Notes under the pieces: generated by a model
The model's database searches: none
What the model was told of the DNA's origin: nothing
Seen by the model: only the letters and a program-made list of their open reading frames with translations
Position numbers and translations under genes: made by a program
IMG/VR virus record: IMGVR_UViG_3300028840_003906
DNA length: 64,000 nt
Strand: one strand, 5' to 3'
From: a virus
Shown: piece by piece, positions 53,774-63,241 of the stretch
Numbering within the stretch: the first letter of the stretch is position 1
Layout: every line of letters begins with the position of its first letter

Positions 53774-55390
53774 ATGAAGGACATCATGCAAGCTGGAGGA
53801 CTGTGGAAGGCACCGAGCGCAATCGAGGCGCAGGAGGCGGCTTCCGTTGTGCGATCTTTCCTGGACGTGGCAACCACGTCGTACGGAAGGGCGACCCACT
53901 ACAACACCCGTGAGGAGCAGGTTGCGGCCGAGCGTCGTGTCCACGACACGCTCTTCGGGCAGGGGCGAGATCTGTACGAGGCGCTCCTTCTGATGCCGGG
54001 GGTGACGGATCGGGCTCGCCAGATCGGAATCGGAAAGCTGCTCTCGAACCCGAGGAGTCCGGGGTCGGACATGTTCTTGAACCCATCCCTGGAGCGGGAG
54101 ATTCTCGTGCATCTGATCGGCCAGTTGCCGGTTCCGAGGATGTTCAAGCTCTTTGATGCCTTCCGGGGCAAGGGGGATGCTCTTGGTGTGAAGCGTTCGA
54201 ACAACGCGCGGACCAGGAAGTTGGTCCTGTCGACGATCTTGGGATCGCGGAGGCTTGATCTCTGGGCAGTGAAGTACCGCTCGAAGATGAAGCGCGTCCT
54301 CGGGCATGTCTGGGGGGTTCGGCGTGCGAGCATCATTGCGTCGATCTTGAAGAAGGATGGTCGGACGTGGACCAAGAAGGAGAAGGATATCCTCCGGGAC
54401 AACGTCCTCAAGTTCGTCGGCAACAACAAGAGGGAGTACGTCTTCGAGTGTATCGCGTTCGTCTTCGGTCGGCGTGACCGGCTGAAGGTCCGGCTCCTGA
54501 AGGCGTTCGTGGACGCGCGCGTGGACATTCTGGCTGGTGAGAAGCTCCCGATGGAGGTCCTGGAAGGGATCCGGGGGACGTATCACCCGACGATCGGGGC
54601 CGGGGAGTTGCTGAAGATCAAGGCCAGATCCGGAACGATGACGGACCATAACAAGCGGGTGGTTCAGAAGCGTGCGAACAAGGCGGGGGTCAAGGTTGAT
54701 ATGGATCCGCTGCGGTACGATCCGGTCGATTTGTACATCCACGCATTCGAGAATGGTGTGGACGCGGATATCGTCGCGGCGCTCAAGAAGAAGGCGCAGT
54801 CGGCGGCGGCGGCCCTCCCGGTTCGGTACGAGAACGTGGCGATCCTGGTGGATGCTTCGCGCTCGATGAAGGGGAGCAAGGAGCAGCCGATGAGGCCGCT
54901 GGCCACGGCGCTCTCTCTTCGGGATATGCTGCAGGAGACTTCGGACGACTCGATGATCCTGTATTGCGGTGGCGTCCTGGGGGACGACCAGAAGGTTGTC
55001 AAGCCGCAGGGTGACACGTCGCTCGCAGAGGGCCTCCTTGGCGCTTTGGGGCGCAACCCGGACGCCGTGTACGTTCTGTCGGACGGGTACGAGAACGCGC
55101 CAGCAGGGCGCTTCCAGGACGTCCTCGTGGCGGCTAGGGGGATTGGCATCAAGACGCCGGTTTTCCATATGAACCCGGTGTTCGCTGCAGAGGGTGGCTC
55201 TGTTAGGCAGCTCTGCGACAATATCGAGGGGGCGACGACCATGCCGGTCAAGTCGCCGTCGGCTCTGGCGACCACGATGCTTCGGGGTCTCCTGGAGTCG
55301 GATCCGCAGCGCGGAATCAATGCGTTGGTTCAGAGTGCGCTGAGGGGGTCCACAATCGAGAGCTTGGCTCTCATTGGAGGTGAGTCATGA
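53774..55390 (+). CDS. TROVE/Ro60-like helical domain plus vWA protein
   Basis: LPVPRMFKLF...NNARTRK...AVKYR; vWA VDASRSM, GDTSLA, LSDGYEN. Confidence 0.75.
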   Translation: MKDIMQAGGLWKAPSAIEAQEAASVVRSFLDVATTSYGRATHYNTREEQVAAERRVHDTLFGQGRDLYEALLLMPGVTDRARQIGIGKLLSNPRSPGSDMFLNPSLEREILVHLIGQLPVPRMFKLFDAFRGKGDALGVKRSNNARTRKLVLSTILGSRRLDLWAVKYRSKMKRVLGHVWGVRRASIIASILKKDGRTWTKKEKDILRDNVLKFVGNNKREYVFECIAFVFGRRDRLKVRLLKAFVDARVDILAGEKLPMEVLEGIRGTYHPTIGAGELLKIKARSGTMTDHNKRVVQKRANKAGVKVDMDPLRYDPVDLYIHAFENGVDADIVAALKKKAQSAAAALPVRYENVAILVDASRSMKGSKEQPMRPLATALSLRDMLQETSDDSMILYCGGVLGDDQKVVKPQGDTSLAEGLLGALGRNPDAVYVLSDGYENAPAGRFQDVLVAARGIGIKTPVFHMNPVFAAEGGSVRQLCDNIEGATTMPVKSPSALATTMLRGLLESDPQRGINALVQSALRGSTIESLALIGGES

Positions 55391-56367
55391 CAAGACGGAA
55401 CATGTCAATGGACGACATCCTGTTCGGCATAGGGCACGGACGTCGTCAGACGGTCGGAAACATGGATGTCATCCCGCTTGTGGATGAGGGTGCCGATCGT
55501 GGAGAGGAGTTCATGCCTCCGACGGAAGTCGAGGTCGGGACTGAGGAATACGGAACGGTCAGCATGAGGCACAGCGGGGATTCCCCGACGGTCATGCCGA
55601 CAGGGTCGTGCTGGGTTGTCAAGGAGCGTGCGCAGGATCATGCAATCGGCAGCGGTGTGCTCTTGGCTCCTGGGGACTCGAAGACGATCCGGGACGCCAT
55701 GTGCATCCAGTCTTCGCAGAGCGGCATGATTCGGCGACAGGTCCAGGATCTGACGATTTTGCCGGTTGGTCTGCGAACGAGGGCTCTTGCCCTACGTGGA
55801 CGACAGGATTATTCGAAGCTCTGGGGGAGCATTGGCGAGTTCAACAAGGGATACGGATCCAGTGATGAGCAAGCCCTGGTCTACTTCCTGAGGAACTTTG
55901 GCAAGCAGCTGGATCAGTTTGTTGCCGAGTTCGAGTTGGTTCCTGGTCAGGTTGGCGCGATCATTCTGGTGAACGGAAAGCTGGTCGGCGTCGAGGTGGC
56001 TCCAAACAGTTTGTTCTGGGAGTCGATTTGGGAGCCGATGATCCGGGTCTGCTACGGCTCGTTCGCGATTCGGTATGCCGATCAGGCTGCTCCGACGAGG
56101 CGCCAGCTGGATGTCTCCACGAAGACCCTCGATGGTCTTTGGGATGCGTATCAGAAGGCGGCCCAGGATGATCATGATCGGACTGAGTTGATCGTCGGCA
56201 AGGTTCGAGAGGATCGCCTCCTGACCGGGACGATTGACCAGGCAGCTGGGGGCTACGAAATGAAGACGGTCGGGTCCCCCGGTGGAACAGAGCTGGCTGG
56301 TCAGATTGTCCAGCGAGCAGGCCACAAGGCCGCATCCTACCTTTCCATGTGCGTCAAGGTCGATTAG
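55387..56367 (+). CDS. ARPP-family protein
   Basis: AQDHA, CIQ, FVAEFELVPGQVGAIILVNG; resemblance by recall. Confidence 0.7.
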   Translation: MTRRNMSMDDILFGIGHGRRQTVGNMDVIPLVDEGADRGEEFMPPTEVEVGTEEYGTVSMRHSGDSPTVMPTGSCWVVKERAQDHAIGSGVLLAPGDSKTIRDAMCIQSSQSGMIRRQVQDLTILPVGLRTRALALRGRQDYSKLWGSIGEFNKGYGSSDEQALVYFLRNFGKQLDQFVAEFELVPGQVGAIILVNGKLVGVEVAPNSLFWESIWEPMIRVCYGSFAIRYADQAAPTRRQLDVSTKTLDGLWDAYQKAAQDDHDRTELIVGKVREDRLLTGTIDQAAGGYEMKTVGSPGGTELAGQIVQRAGHKAASYLSMCVKVD

Positions 56368-56444
56368 GTCGATGAGTTTGCACCTGTCGCTTGCAATCAC
56401 AATTCACACAGAGTTAAGGTGTCCATCTGCTGACGGAGGGATCT

Positions 56445-57821
56445 ATGGACAGGAGTAGTATCATTCGGGCCTTTTCGAAGGCCGTGAACCGTAAACATGG
56501 TTGCACGATGGGGCTCGCGAGGAACATTGCGAGCGTGGACATTCCGAGGCTCGACACGGGGAGTTTGAGCTTCAATGTGGCGCTTGGAGGTGGCATCCCT
56601 GTTGGGCGTCTGACAATGTTTCGGGGAAAGTACTCGTCTGGAAAGACGACGGAGGCTCTTCGGGTTGCTGCGAACGCGCAGGATCTTTGTGCGAACTGTC
56701 TGCGTCCGGTCGACGATTTCGCGGTGATCGAGTCTGGTGTTGATGACGAAACTGGCGAGGTGATATACGAGGCGATTGGGACCTGTGACTGCTACAGCGA
56801 AGGTCTCTTCAAGCCGGTGCCGTATCCTGAGGAGTATTCGGACCGGATGAAGGGAACGTTCAAGCAGATCGAGATCGAGGTGATGGACGAGAAGTCCGGG
56901 AAGATGAAGAAGAAGAAAACGACTTTGTACAAGGAGCGGCTCAAGAGGTATGAGGAGAATTCATACGAGCCGTATCGCATCGTCTTCTTTGACTTCGAGG
57001 GGACCCTGGATCTGGAGTGGGCGGAGCGCATTGGTGTGGATACGAGGATTTTGCTAGTGGATCGACCTGGTACCGCAGAGGAGGGCATCGACGTGTATGA
57101 CGAGCTACTCCGTACGGGCGCGGTGGACCTCTTCCTGCTCGATTCGATTGCTGCCATGACGCCCAGCGTGGAGATTGAGAAGAGCACGGAGGATGGGCGC
57201 ACACGGGCCGCACAGGCGATCCTAGTGAACCAGTTCGTGCGGAAGATCACTGCTTCGGCCAATGATTGCAAGAAGTTCTATGATCGGTCCGTGACGCAGA
57301 TCTGGATCAATCAGGAGCGCGACAGCATGGATCCGTTCAACCCGAAGACGATGCCGGGTGGGCATGGGCAGGAGTTCGGTGCTTCGGTGATCGTCTCGTT
57401 CTGGCCGAGCAAGTGGAACTCGGACGCCATGGATGATGATGTCAAAAAGGACTTCCAGATTCAGATCGGGAAGGAAGTCCGGCAGAACTTCAAGGTCGAG
57501 AAGAGCAAGGTATCGACTCCGAAGGCGACCGGCATGTTCGTCATGTGTATCAGTGGTGCAGAGTCCGGGCAGATTGATGAGTTCAAATATGTCCTGGATC
57601 AGGGGGAGCGGTATGGGCTCTGGCACGAAGAAGGGAAGGCGCCGAAGAAGAAGTGGTATCTTTCTGATGAGGAGTTCACGAAAAAGGCGTCGCTCCTGGC
57701 TCGGGTTCGGGAGCCAGAAGTTTTCAAGTCGATGAAGAAGGAGCTTCTGAGAAGGATGCTCGAAAAGATCAAGGGAACGGCAGAGGGAATCGAAAGGGAA
57801 GCCGAGAATGCCGAAGGGTAG
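56445..57821 (+). CDS. recA: RecA/UvsX-like recombinase with Cys-containing insertion
   Basis: TGSLSFNVALGGGIPVGR, GKYSSGKT, DFEG, DSIAAM, INQER, PGG. Confidence 0.9.
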   Translation: MDRSSIIRAFSKAVNRKHGCTMGLARNIASVDIPRLDTGSLSFNVALGGGIPVGRLTMFRGKYSSGKTTEALRVAANAQDLCANCLRPVDDFAVIESGVDDETGEVIYEAIGTCDCYSEGLFKPVPYPEEYSDRMKGTFKQIEIEVMDEKSGKMKKKKTTLYKERLKRYEENSYEPYRIVFFDFEGTLDLEWAERIGVDTRILLVDRPGTAEEGIDVYDELLRTGAVDLFLLDSIAAMTPSVEIEKSTEDGRTRAAQAILVNQFVRKITASANDCKKFYDRSVTQIWINQERDSMDPFNPKTMPGGHGQEFGASVIVSFWPSKWNSDAMDDDVKKDFQIQIGKEVRQNFKVEKSKVSTPKATGMFVMCISGAESGQIDEFKYVLDQGERYGLWHEEGKAPKKKWYLSDEEFTKKASLLARVREPEVFKSMKKELLRRMLEKIKGTAEGIEREAENAEG

Positions 57822-57990
57822 AAGAAAAAGGGTCGGAGACTTCCGGGTTGGGGACAAGGTTGAGGTGAAGGGGGTCGAAGCGAAGGTGGTCGCCTTCCCG
57901 ACCAGGAGGACAGCAGTTGTCGAGTCAAGTGGGGTAGTCAAGGAAGTCTCGACGCTAGATCTGGAGAAAAGAGAAGGCGATGAAGATTGA
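57808..57990 (+). CDS. small KOW/SH3-like protein
   Basis: FRVGDKVEV. Confidence 0.55.
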   Translation: MPKGRRKRVGDFRVGDKVEVKGVEAKVVAFPTRRTAVVESSGVVKEVSTLDLEKREGDED

Positions 57991-58192
57991 GCTGAGGGCC
58001 GTGAAAAGGGGGGACCGTGTTCAAAAGCTCCTGGGGCGCGGAGGGGTTGTCGGTGTTGGCGCTCCGGAGGATGGAGTGATCGTCAGCGTGAAGCACGGGC
58101 ATCGGGTGTATGTCCCGTTTTCCGAGATAGATCATGTCCGTTCATGTGGCGGCATGGTTACTTTCGAACAAATCCAAAATGAAGAAGCCTAA
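57980..58192 (+). CDS. small hypothetical protein
   Basis: coupled ORF. Confidence 0.55.
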   Translation: MKIELRAVKRGDRVQKLLGRGGVVGVGAPEDGVIVSVKHGHRVYVPFSEIDHVRSCGGMVTFEQIQNEEA

Positions 58193-58559
58193 TAGGTATC
58201 TACAGGGTCCGAGCGAGAACCCGGACGGGCAAGAGGCGCGTATTGCCGATCGGTTTGGCGGGAAGAAGGTCGCTGGATCTGGATCGTCCAAGTACAGCAA
58301 GGGTGACGTTCGGGATGTCGAGTGGTCTCCTGTGGACGATTTGGACAGGATAGAGTTTCTGGTCGAGTGCAAGCAGACGATTCATGCGAGCCTTTCGGTG
58401 AAGTGGGAGTGGCTTCGGAAGATCTCCAGGGAGGCGAACGCTGTGGGCGGTGAGCCTGCTCTGGCGATTGAGATCAAGGGTGGCGTGGATGATCCGATGG
58501 TGGACAGGGACTGGGTGATGGTCCCGGCGCGTGTTTTTGAGAAGTTGAAGCGAACTTGA
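58179..58559 (+). CDS. PD-(D/E)xK Holliday-junction-resolvase-like nuclease
   Basis: EARIA...GSGS...KGDV...LVECKQT. Confidence 0.82.
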   Translation: MKKPNRYLQGPSENPDGQEARIADRFGGKKVAGSGSSKYSKGDVRDVEWSPVDDLDRIEFLVECKQTIHASLSVKWEWLRKISREANAVGGEPALAIEIKGGVDDPMVDRDWVMVPARVFEKLKRT

Positions 58560-58564
58560 GTTCG
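58551..58564. promoter_or_regulatory. LexA-type box copy 11
   Basis: overlaps stop codon; 9 nt upstream of TTGAAT-17-CAATAC. Confidence 0.78.
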
Positions 58565-58641
58565 TTTTAGGAGTTGAATAAACAGCCAAAGTGTGGCAAT
58601 ACTCTTGTTTCGGATCACTGCCGATGATGGCGGGAGGAAGC

Positions 58642-61334
58642 ATGGCCGACGCAGAAAAATGTCCAGAGTGTGGTGAGCCTGCTGTGGCTCGGTGTGGGTG
58701 TCCGATCAGAGAGCGTGTTTGCGCGAATCGGCACTACTGGCACACTTGCCCGGTGCACGGGACGATTGTGAATGATATCGGGGATCACAAGAATCCATGC
58801 GCGTGTACGTGCGGGAGGGGTGACAATGATGAATGATGAGAATGGATTGTGTGGATTTTGTCGGGCTGATCTGTCGAATCTTGAGTCGTCCGAGAAGGTT
58901 CAAATGGGAGGAAGTTGCCATCTGACGGGCGAGTTTAGCTTCTTCGTCTGCAAGAGGTGCTTCGATGAAAAGATAGATGACGGCGGTGGCGTGTCTGTTG
59001 GTGATTCTGCTCCATGGAGAGAGTATGACCACGAAGGGAAAGCCGAATCGGGAGAAGAGTAAGTCTCCGAGGCATAGCCTTCACTGGTGCTACGCTTGTG
59101 ATCTGGCGTTGGTGGGAGATGGGCAGAAGTGCCCGAACTGCGGAACGAGAAACCTTCCGAAGAGGAGGAAGAAGTGAGTTTTCCTGACAATCCAAAGCGT
59201 CCACTGAGGCGGATCATTACGGAGTCGATGTTCGATTTCGGCTTCTGTGACTTCTGCGGGAGTTCCCTGAAGAGTCGATTCATCTTCTTCGGTTCTCGTG
59301 GTTGCGTGCAGCCTCTTTGCGAGAACTACTACCGGAGGGATCGCCAGGCCACCGTTCGTTGTCCTTGGTGCGGAGACGATACGGTGGTCGAAAAGGGGAA
59401 AGATGGGCGCTGTACATGGTGTGGAAACTATCATAGGTGGGAAGGCGACCGGCTGATGTGGAATCAGGTCAAAGGGTAGCATGGGCAACATGAGAAGATT
59501 GGAAAAGATGTATGGAGGGTACGACGGGGACAAGTGTTCGAATGTGTACCGGTCTACCCACCAGCTTGAAATGTGTGGGTATGGCCCTGATGAAATACAT
59601 CCTGTCTCTGTGAGAGAGGCGGCGGAAGGAGAGCAGGAGACGCATTGGGGTTGGGAGAGTTCGGAAGATCGCTCGTGGAGCATGATATGGCCGCATCTCA
59701 CGCAACTTGAAATGTGTTTCACTTACGGGATTGAGGCTGCCGAGTCTTCTGGTAGTGGGCGTCGCGTCCGGCTGGTTGTTGATCGGACAAAGTGAAAGGG
59801 CTGTGCGATGGTGAAGATGAGTTGCTCAGAGTGTAGCATCGAAGGCGTCGCTGGCTTGAGCATTGGATTCAGGGCAGAAGTAGACCAGGATGCTGTACAT
59901 GAAGCTGGCGGGTTTTCTGGCGCCAAGGATGATGATGGTGTTGGAGCTTCGCTCGTTATAACCCGCATGGTTACGGAGGCGGATGTTCCTGACGAGGAGT
60001 TTTACGATTGGGCCAGGGGTGAGATGGAACTCCAGGACAGCGGGGCCTTCAGTGTATGTCCACCTGCTGGCGAGGTCATAACGGTTTTTAAGCAGAGAAG
60101 GTTTGCGTGGCCCAGGGTCTATGAGTTCAATGATTCATACGTCGAGAAGGCCACGCCATCCGATGACGGAGAGCGGATGGAGGCTATATTTAAATACTCC
60201 AGCATGAAGGAATGGCCCTGGTACCGTGCTGCCTGGTGGTGGGTGAAGAGCTGGTTCGGGAGGTAGGAATGGGTGTGATCGGCTACTTGAAGTACCTGTT
60301 CGGAAAGGACAGCCGCACCGACTACGAGCGGGCGGTTGGCCTCGGCCTGACGGACAAGAACCGCTGGGAGGATGACATCGATCATCATCCGATGTCCGAG
60401 CGTCTGATGGCGTTTCTGAAGGATCACGACTTTCAGGATTACGATGACTTCTTTTGCTGGAAGTCTGGTGGTGACGGGGACAACGGGGAGGTTCTCATGT
60501 ACGAGATGGATGCTTTTTTCGAGCTGATGGAAAAAGGAGGATGATTCCATGATCAAAGCTGGGATGACACCGTTGAATCCAGAAGTGGTTCTGGATCGTG
60601 ACAGTAGAAGGCTCCTGTTCCACTGCAAGCTGAAGATTCAGCGTGAGGACAATTGCATCGAGGTATCGGCCAACTCGGGTACCCCAGAGGGGGCCGTGGA
60701 TGGTGTCGAGTTGGCCATCAAGAATCTGCTCGGAGCAGCGACTGTCGAGCTGAAGGAGTGGCGCGAGATCGTGATGAAAGACAAGGCTGGTGACTGAATG
60801 GGCAGGGTGAGAAAACATCCGAGGTTCGGTCCAGTGTGCATGTGTGACTGCCACAAGGATGGAACAGACATTCGCGAGTTTATGCCGTGCTGCATGCTGT
60901 ACCGGGCGAAGTATATCAACGCGGACGGGACGCTGGACGAGGAGCGGCTGCTGGCGATCTACGAGGAGCGTGGCATTCCTCTGTGGACATGGAGAGATCA
61001 CCTCCGGTCCTGGTGGAGGGGGACCTGGATCTTCAAGAGGTGGGACCGGTGGATGTGGTTCCGTCGCCTCAGGAGGTTTAGGATGCCCGCGATTCGGAAG
61101 GCATACCCTTGTTTGAACGCGGACGATATCGTGAGCACGCAGCCGATGGCAGTCCCTGTGGTGGGAGTAGGCTTTGGTGCAAGTGGGACGATCAAGAAGT
61201 CCCATGTTCGCGAAGATGGGGTGCGCGTGATTGATGATTTCGATCTCAAGACGGTGAGCATTGTGAGTGAGGATCAGTTGTTGGATCCTCGTTGTGCGAT
61301 TGAGTATGGAGAAGAGGATGGGCGACAAAAGTAA
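58642..61334 (+). other. run of about 9 small coupled hypothetical ORFs, several Cys-rich
   Basis: ORF track 58642-58836, 58772-59062, 58977-59177, 59129-59479, 59481-59795, 59808-60266, 60269-60544, 60549-60797, 60798-61334; several starts uncertain. Confidence 0.6.
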
Positions 61335-62064
61335 GATTCACTGGACAGATGCGACGTGGAACCCAGTGACTGGGTGTGCCAGGGTTTCGGGTGGGTGTTG
61401 GAACTGCTACGCGGAGAAGATGCACAAACGACTCCGGGCTATGGGGAGTGAGAAGTACAATCACGATTTCAGTGAGGTTCGATGTCACGATGACGAGAAG
61501 CTGCTTTCTCAGCCAGCGCGATGGGCGAAGCCTCGCAGGATCTTCGTGAACTCGATGGGGGATTTGTTTCACCCGGATGTTCCGTTCGAATTCATGGACA
61601 AGGTTTACCAGGCTATGATGGCCGGTCCGCAGCACACTTATCAGGTACTCACGAAGAGAGCTGGTCGGATGAAGGCATATTTGGATTCTGCTCCGTTCGA
61701 TGTTCCAGGGAATATCCATCACGGTGTGACCGTAGAGAACGACTTCAATACTGATCGGATAGACACTCTGCGGCGCACCAGGTGTCCGGTCAAGTTCGTT
61801 TCTTTCGAGCCGCTTCTGAGGTTGATCGGGTTTGTTGATTTGAACGGGATCGACCAGGTCATCATCGGTGGAGAGAGTGGTCCCGGGGCGCGTGAGATGA
61901 GAGAAGTTTGGGCTGAGTCGATCGTGGCAGAGGCGGATCGGGACGGTGCCAAGGTTTTCATGAAGCAGTTTGGAACCTTCTGGGCTAATGAAAACTGTCT
62001 CAAGGGCAAGGGTGATGACATGGCGTCTTGGCCCAGCTGGGCAAAGCGCAGGGAGCAGATCTGA
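61318..62064 (+). CDS. DUF5131 (phage Gp37/Gp68) radical-SAM-like protein
   Basis: IHWTDATWNPVTGC..VS.GC.NCYA, FVNSMGDLFH, LTKR, SFEPLL, IIGGESG. Confidence 0.93.
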   Translation: MGDKSKIHWTDATWNPVTGCARVSGGCWNCYAEKMHKRLRAMGSEKYNHDFSEVRCHDDEKLLSQPARWAKPRRIFVNSMGDLFHPDVPFEFMDKVYQAMMAGPQHTYQVLTKRAGRMKAYLDSAPFDVPGNIHHGVTVENDFNTDRIDTLRRTRCPVKFVSFEPLLRLIGFVDLNGIDQVIIGGESGPGAREMREVWAESIVAEADRDGAKVFMKQFGTFWANENCLKGKGDDMASWPSWAKRREQI

Positions 62065-62160
62065 TGGTGATGGGAACGATTGGTGGAGTTGCAGCTGCCG
62101 TGATACTGGTGTGGCTCGTCTGGGTTGAGTTGAAAGAGAAACGAAAGAAAGAGGAGAGAG

Positions 62161-62724
62161 ATGCAGCAAAAAGAGAAAGAAGCCCTGAGTGATATTCTTT
62201 TCGGTGATGGGAGGAAGGCTACGGCTGACGAGATCGTCGTCGGCGTGTCTCGACTGAAGGAGGCATCTGCAGGTCAGGCCAAGATCATTCAGGGGCTGAA
62301 GGAGAACATCCGCGCCAAGGATGTGGAGATCGACAGGCTTACGATCCAGGCCAATGCGGCGAAGGCATCTGGTGCCGCGAAGCATGAGGAGGTTCTTGCT
62401 CAGCTCAGGGAGTTCTACGGGAATGGCCTGACTTGGGACAACCTCGTCGAGATCGCCGGAGGAGCCGTCACACACCTTCGATCGCAGAAGATGCTCATGG
62501 AGGCTGCCGACACCGAGATGCGGCGCCTGAAGCGCATTGTCGAGGGGATGCCGGGCGAAGAGGCGTCGAACCATGGAAGCATTCCGGATTTGAAGGAGCC
62601 ACCGAGTGCGACCATCTTCGAGCATCGCCTGAGTCGCCTGGAGGATGATCTGGCTGTCTTTCGCATGGCTGGAAGGGCGATCTCGCGCTTTTTCGATCTG
62701 GACTCAAGGGGGCAGAAAGAGTAG
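62161..62724 (+). CDS. coiled-coil hypothetical protein
   Basis: 187-aa ORF. Confidence 0.65.
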   Translation: MQQKEKEALSDILFGDGRKATADEIVVGVSRLKEASAGQAKIIQGLKENIRAKDVEIDRLTIQANAAKASGAAKHEEVLAQLREFYGNGLTWDNLVEIAGGAVTHLRSQKMLMEAADTEMRRLKRIVEGMPGEEASNHGSIPDLKEPPSATIFEHRLSRLEDDLAVFRMAGRAISRFFDLDSRGQKE

Positions 62725-62759
62725 ACTCAAGCCTGCTGGGGATTACAATCCCATAGGTG

Positions 62760-62773
62760 CGAACTTGAGTTCG
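62760..62773. promoter_or_regulatory. LexA-type box copy 12
   Basis: CGAACTTGAGTTCG 27 nt before ATG 62801. Confidence 0.75.
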
Positions 62774-62800
62774 TTGCTGCTGACACAGGAGGAGTTGCAG

Positions 62801-63184
62801 ATGTTCAGTTGTACGAGGACCGAAACCAAACTCATCATGGAAGAGAAGGCCGCTGGCATCGTTCGGAGGTATCCGAAGGGGGAGTGTCCGTACAAGGTCG
62901 GTGATGAGATCGCTTTCACGTCCCGGTTCATTCCCTGGATGAGGGATGACAAGTCGGTTCCCTTTGCGAAGGCGACGATCACGAGCCTTCGTCCGGGGAC
63001 GGTGGATCAGTTTCGGAAGGACAACAAGATGGCCGAGCATGACGGGTTTGCCAATGGGAACACTTGGCACGGCCATCTGAATCAGTTCTACCGTGGAATC
63101 AAGGACGGCGAGTCGGTGTACCACATCTCTTTCCGTCTGACCGAGGTGGACAAGCAGGCCGGGCAGCAGAGGGATCCCGGCTAG
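62801..63184 (+). CDS. ASCH/PUA-like protein
   Basis: AGIVRR...YKVGDEI...ATITSL...AEHDGF; AGGAGG RBS. Confidence 0.65.
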   Translation: MFSCTRTETKLIMEEKAAGIVRRYPKGECPYKVGDEIAFTSRFIPWMRDDKSVPFAKATITSLRPGTVDQFRKDNKMAEHDGFANGNTWHGHLNQFYRGIKDGESVYHISFRLTEVDKQAGQQRDPG

Positions 63185-63241
63185 TAGACTCTGTTGAAAA
63201 GTTGAGTTTGATGTCGGCATGGATTGCCGGTGGGAGGTTGT

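Noticed and set aside
56660-56990. Intein in RecA
   Set aside because: No N-terminal Cys/Ser block A or C-terminal His-Asn
1049-62773. Repeated 14-mer as a CRISPR repeat
   Set aside because: Too short and scattered over kilobases, with no regular spacers; no array or cas operon seen
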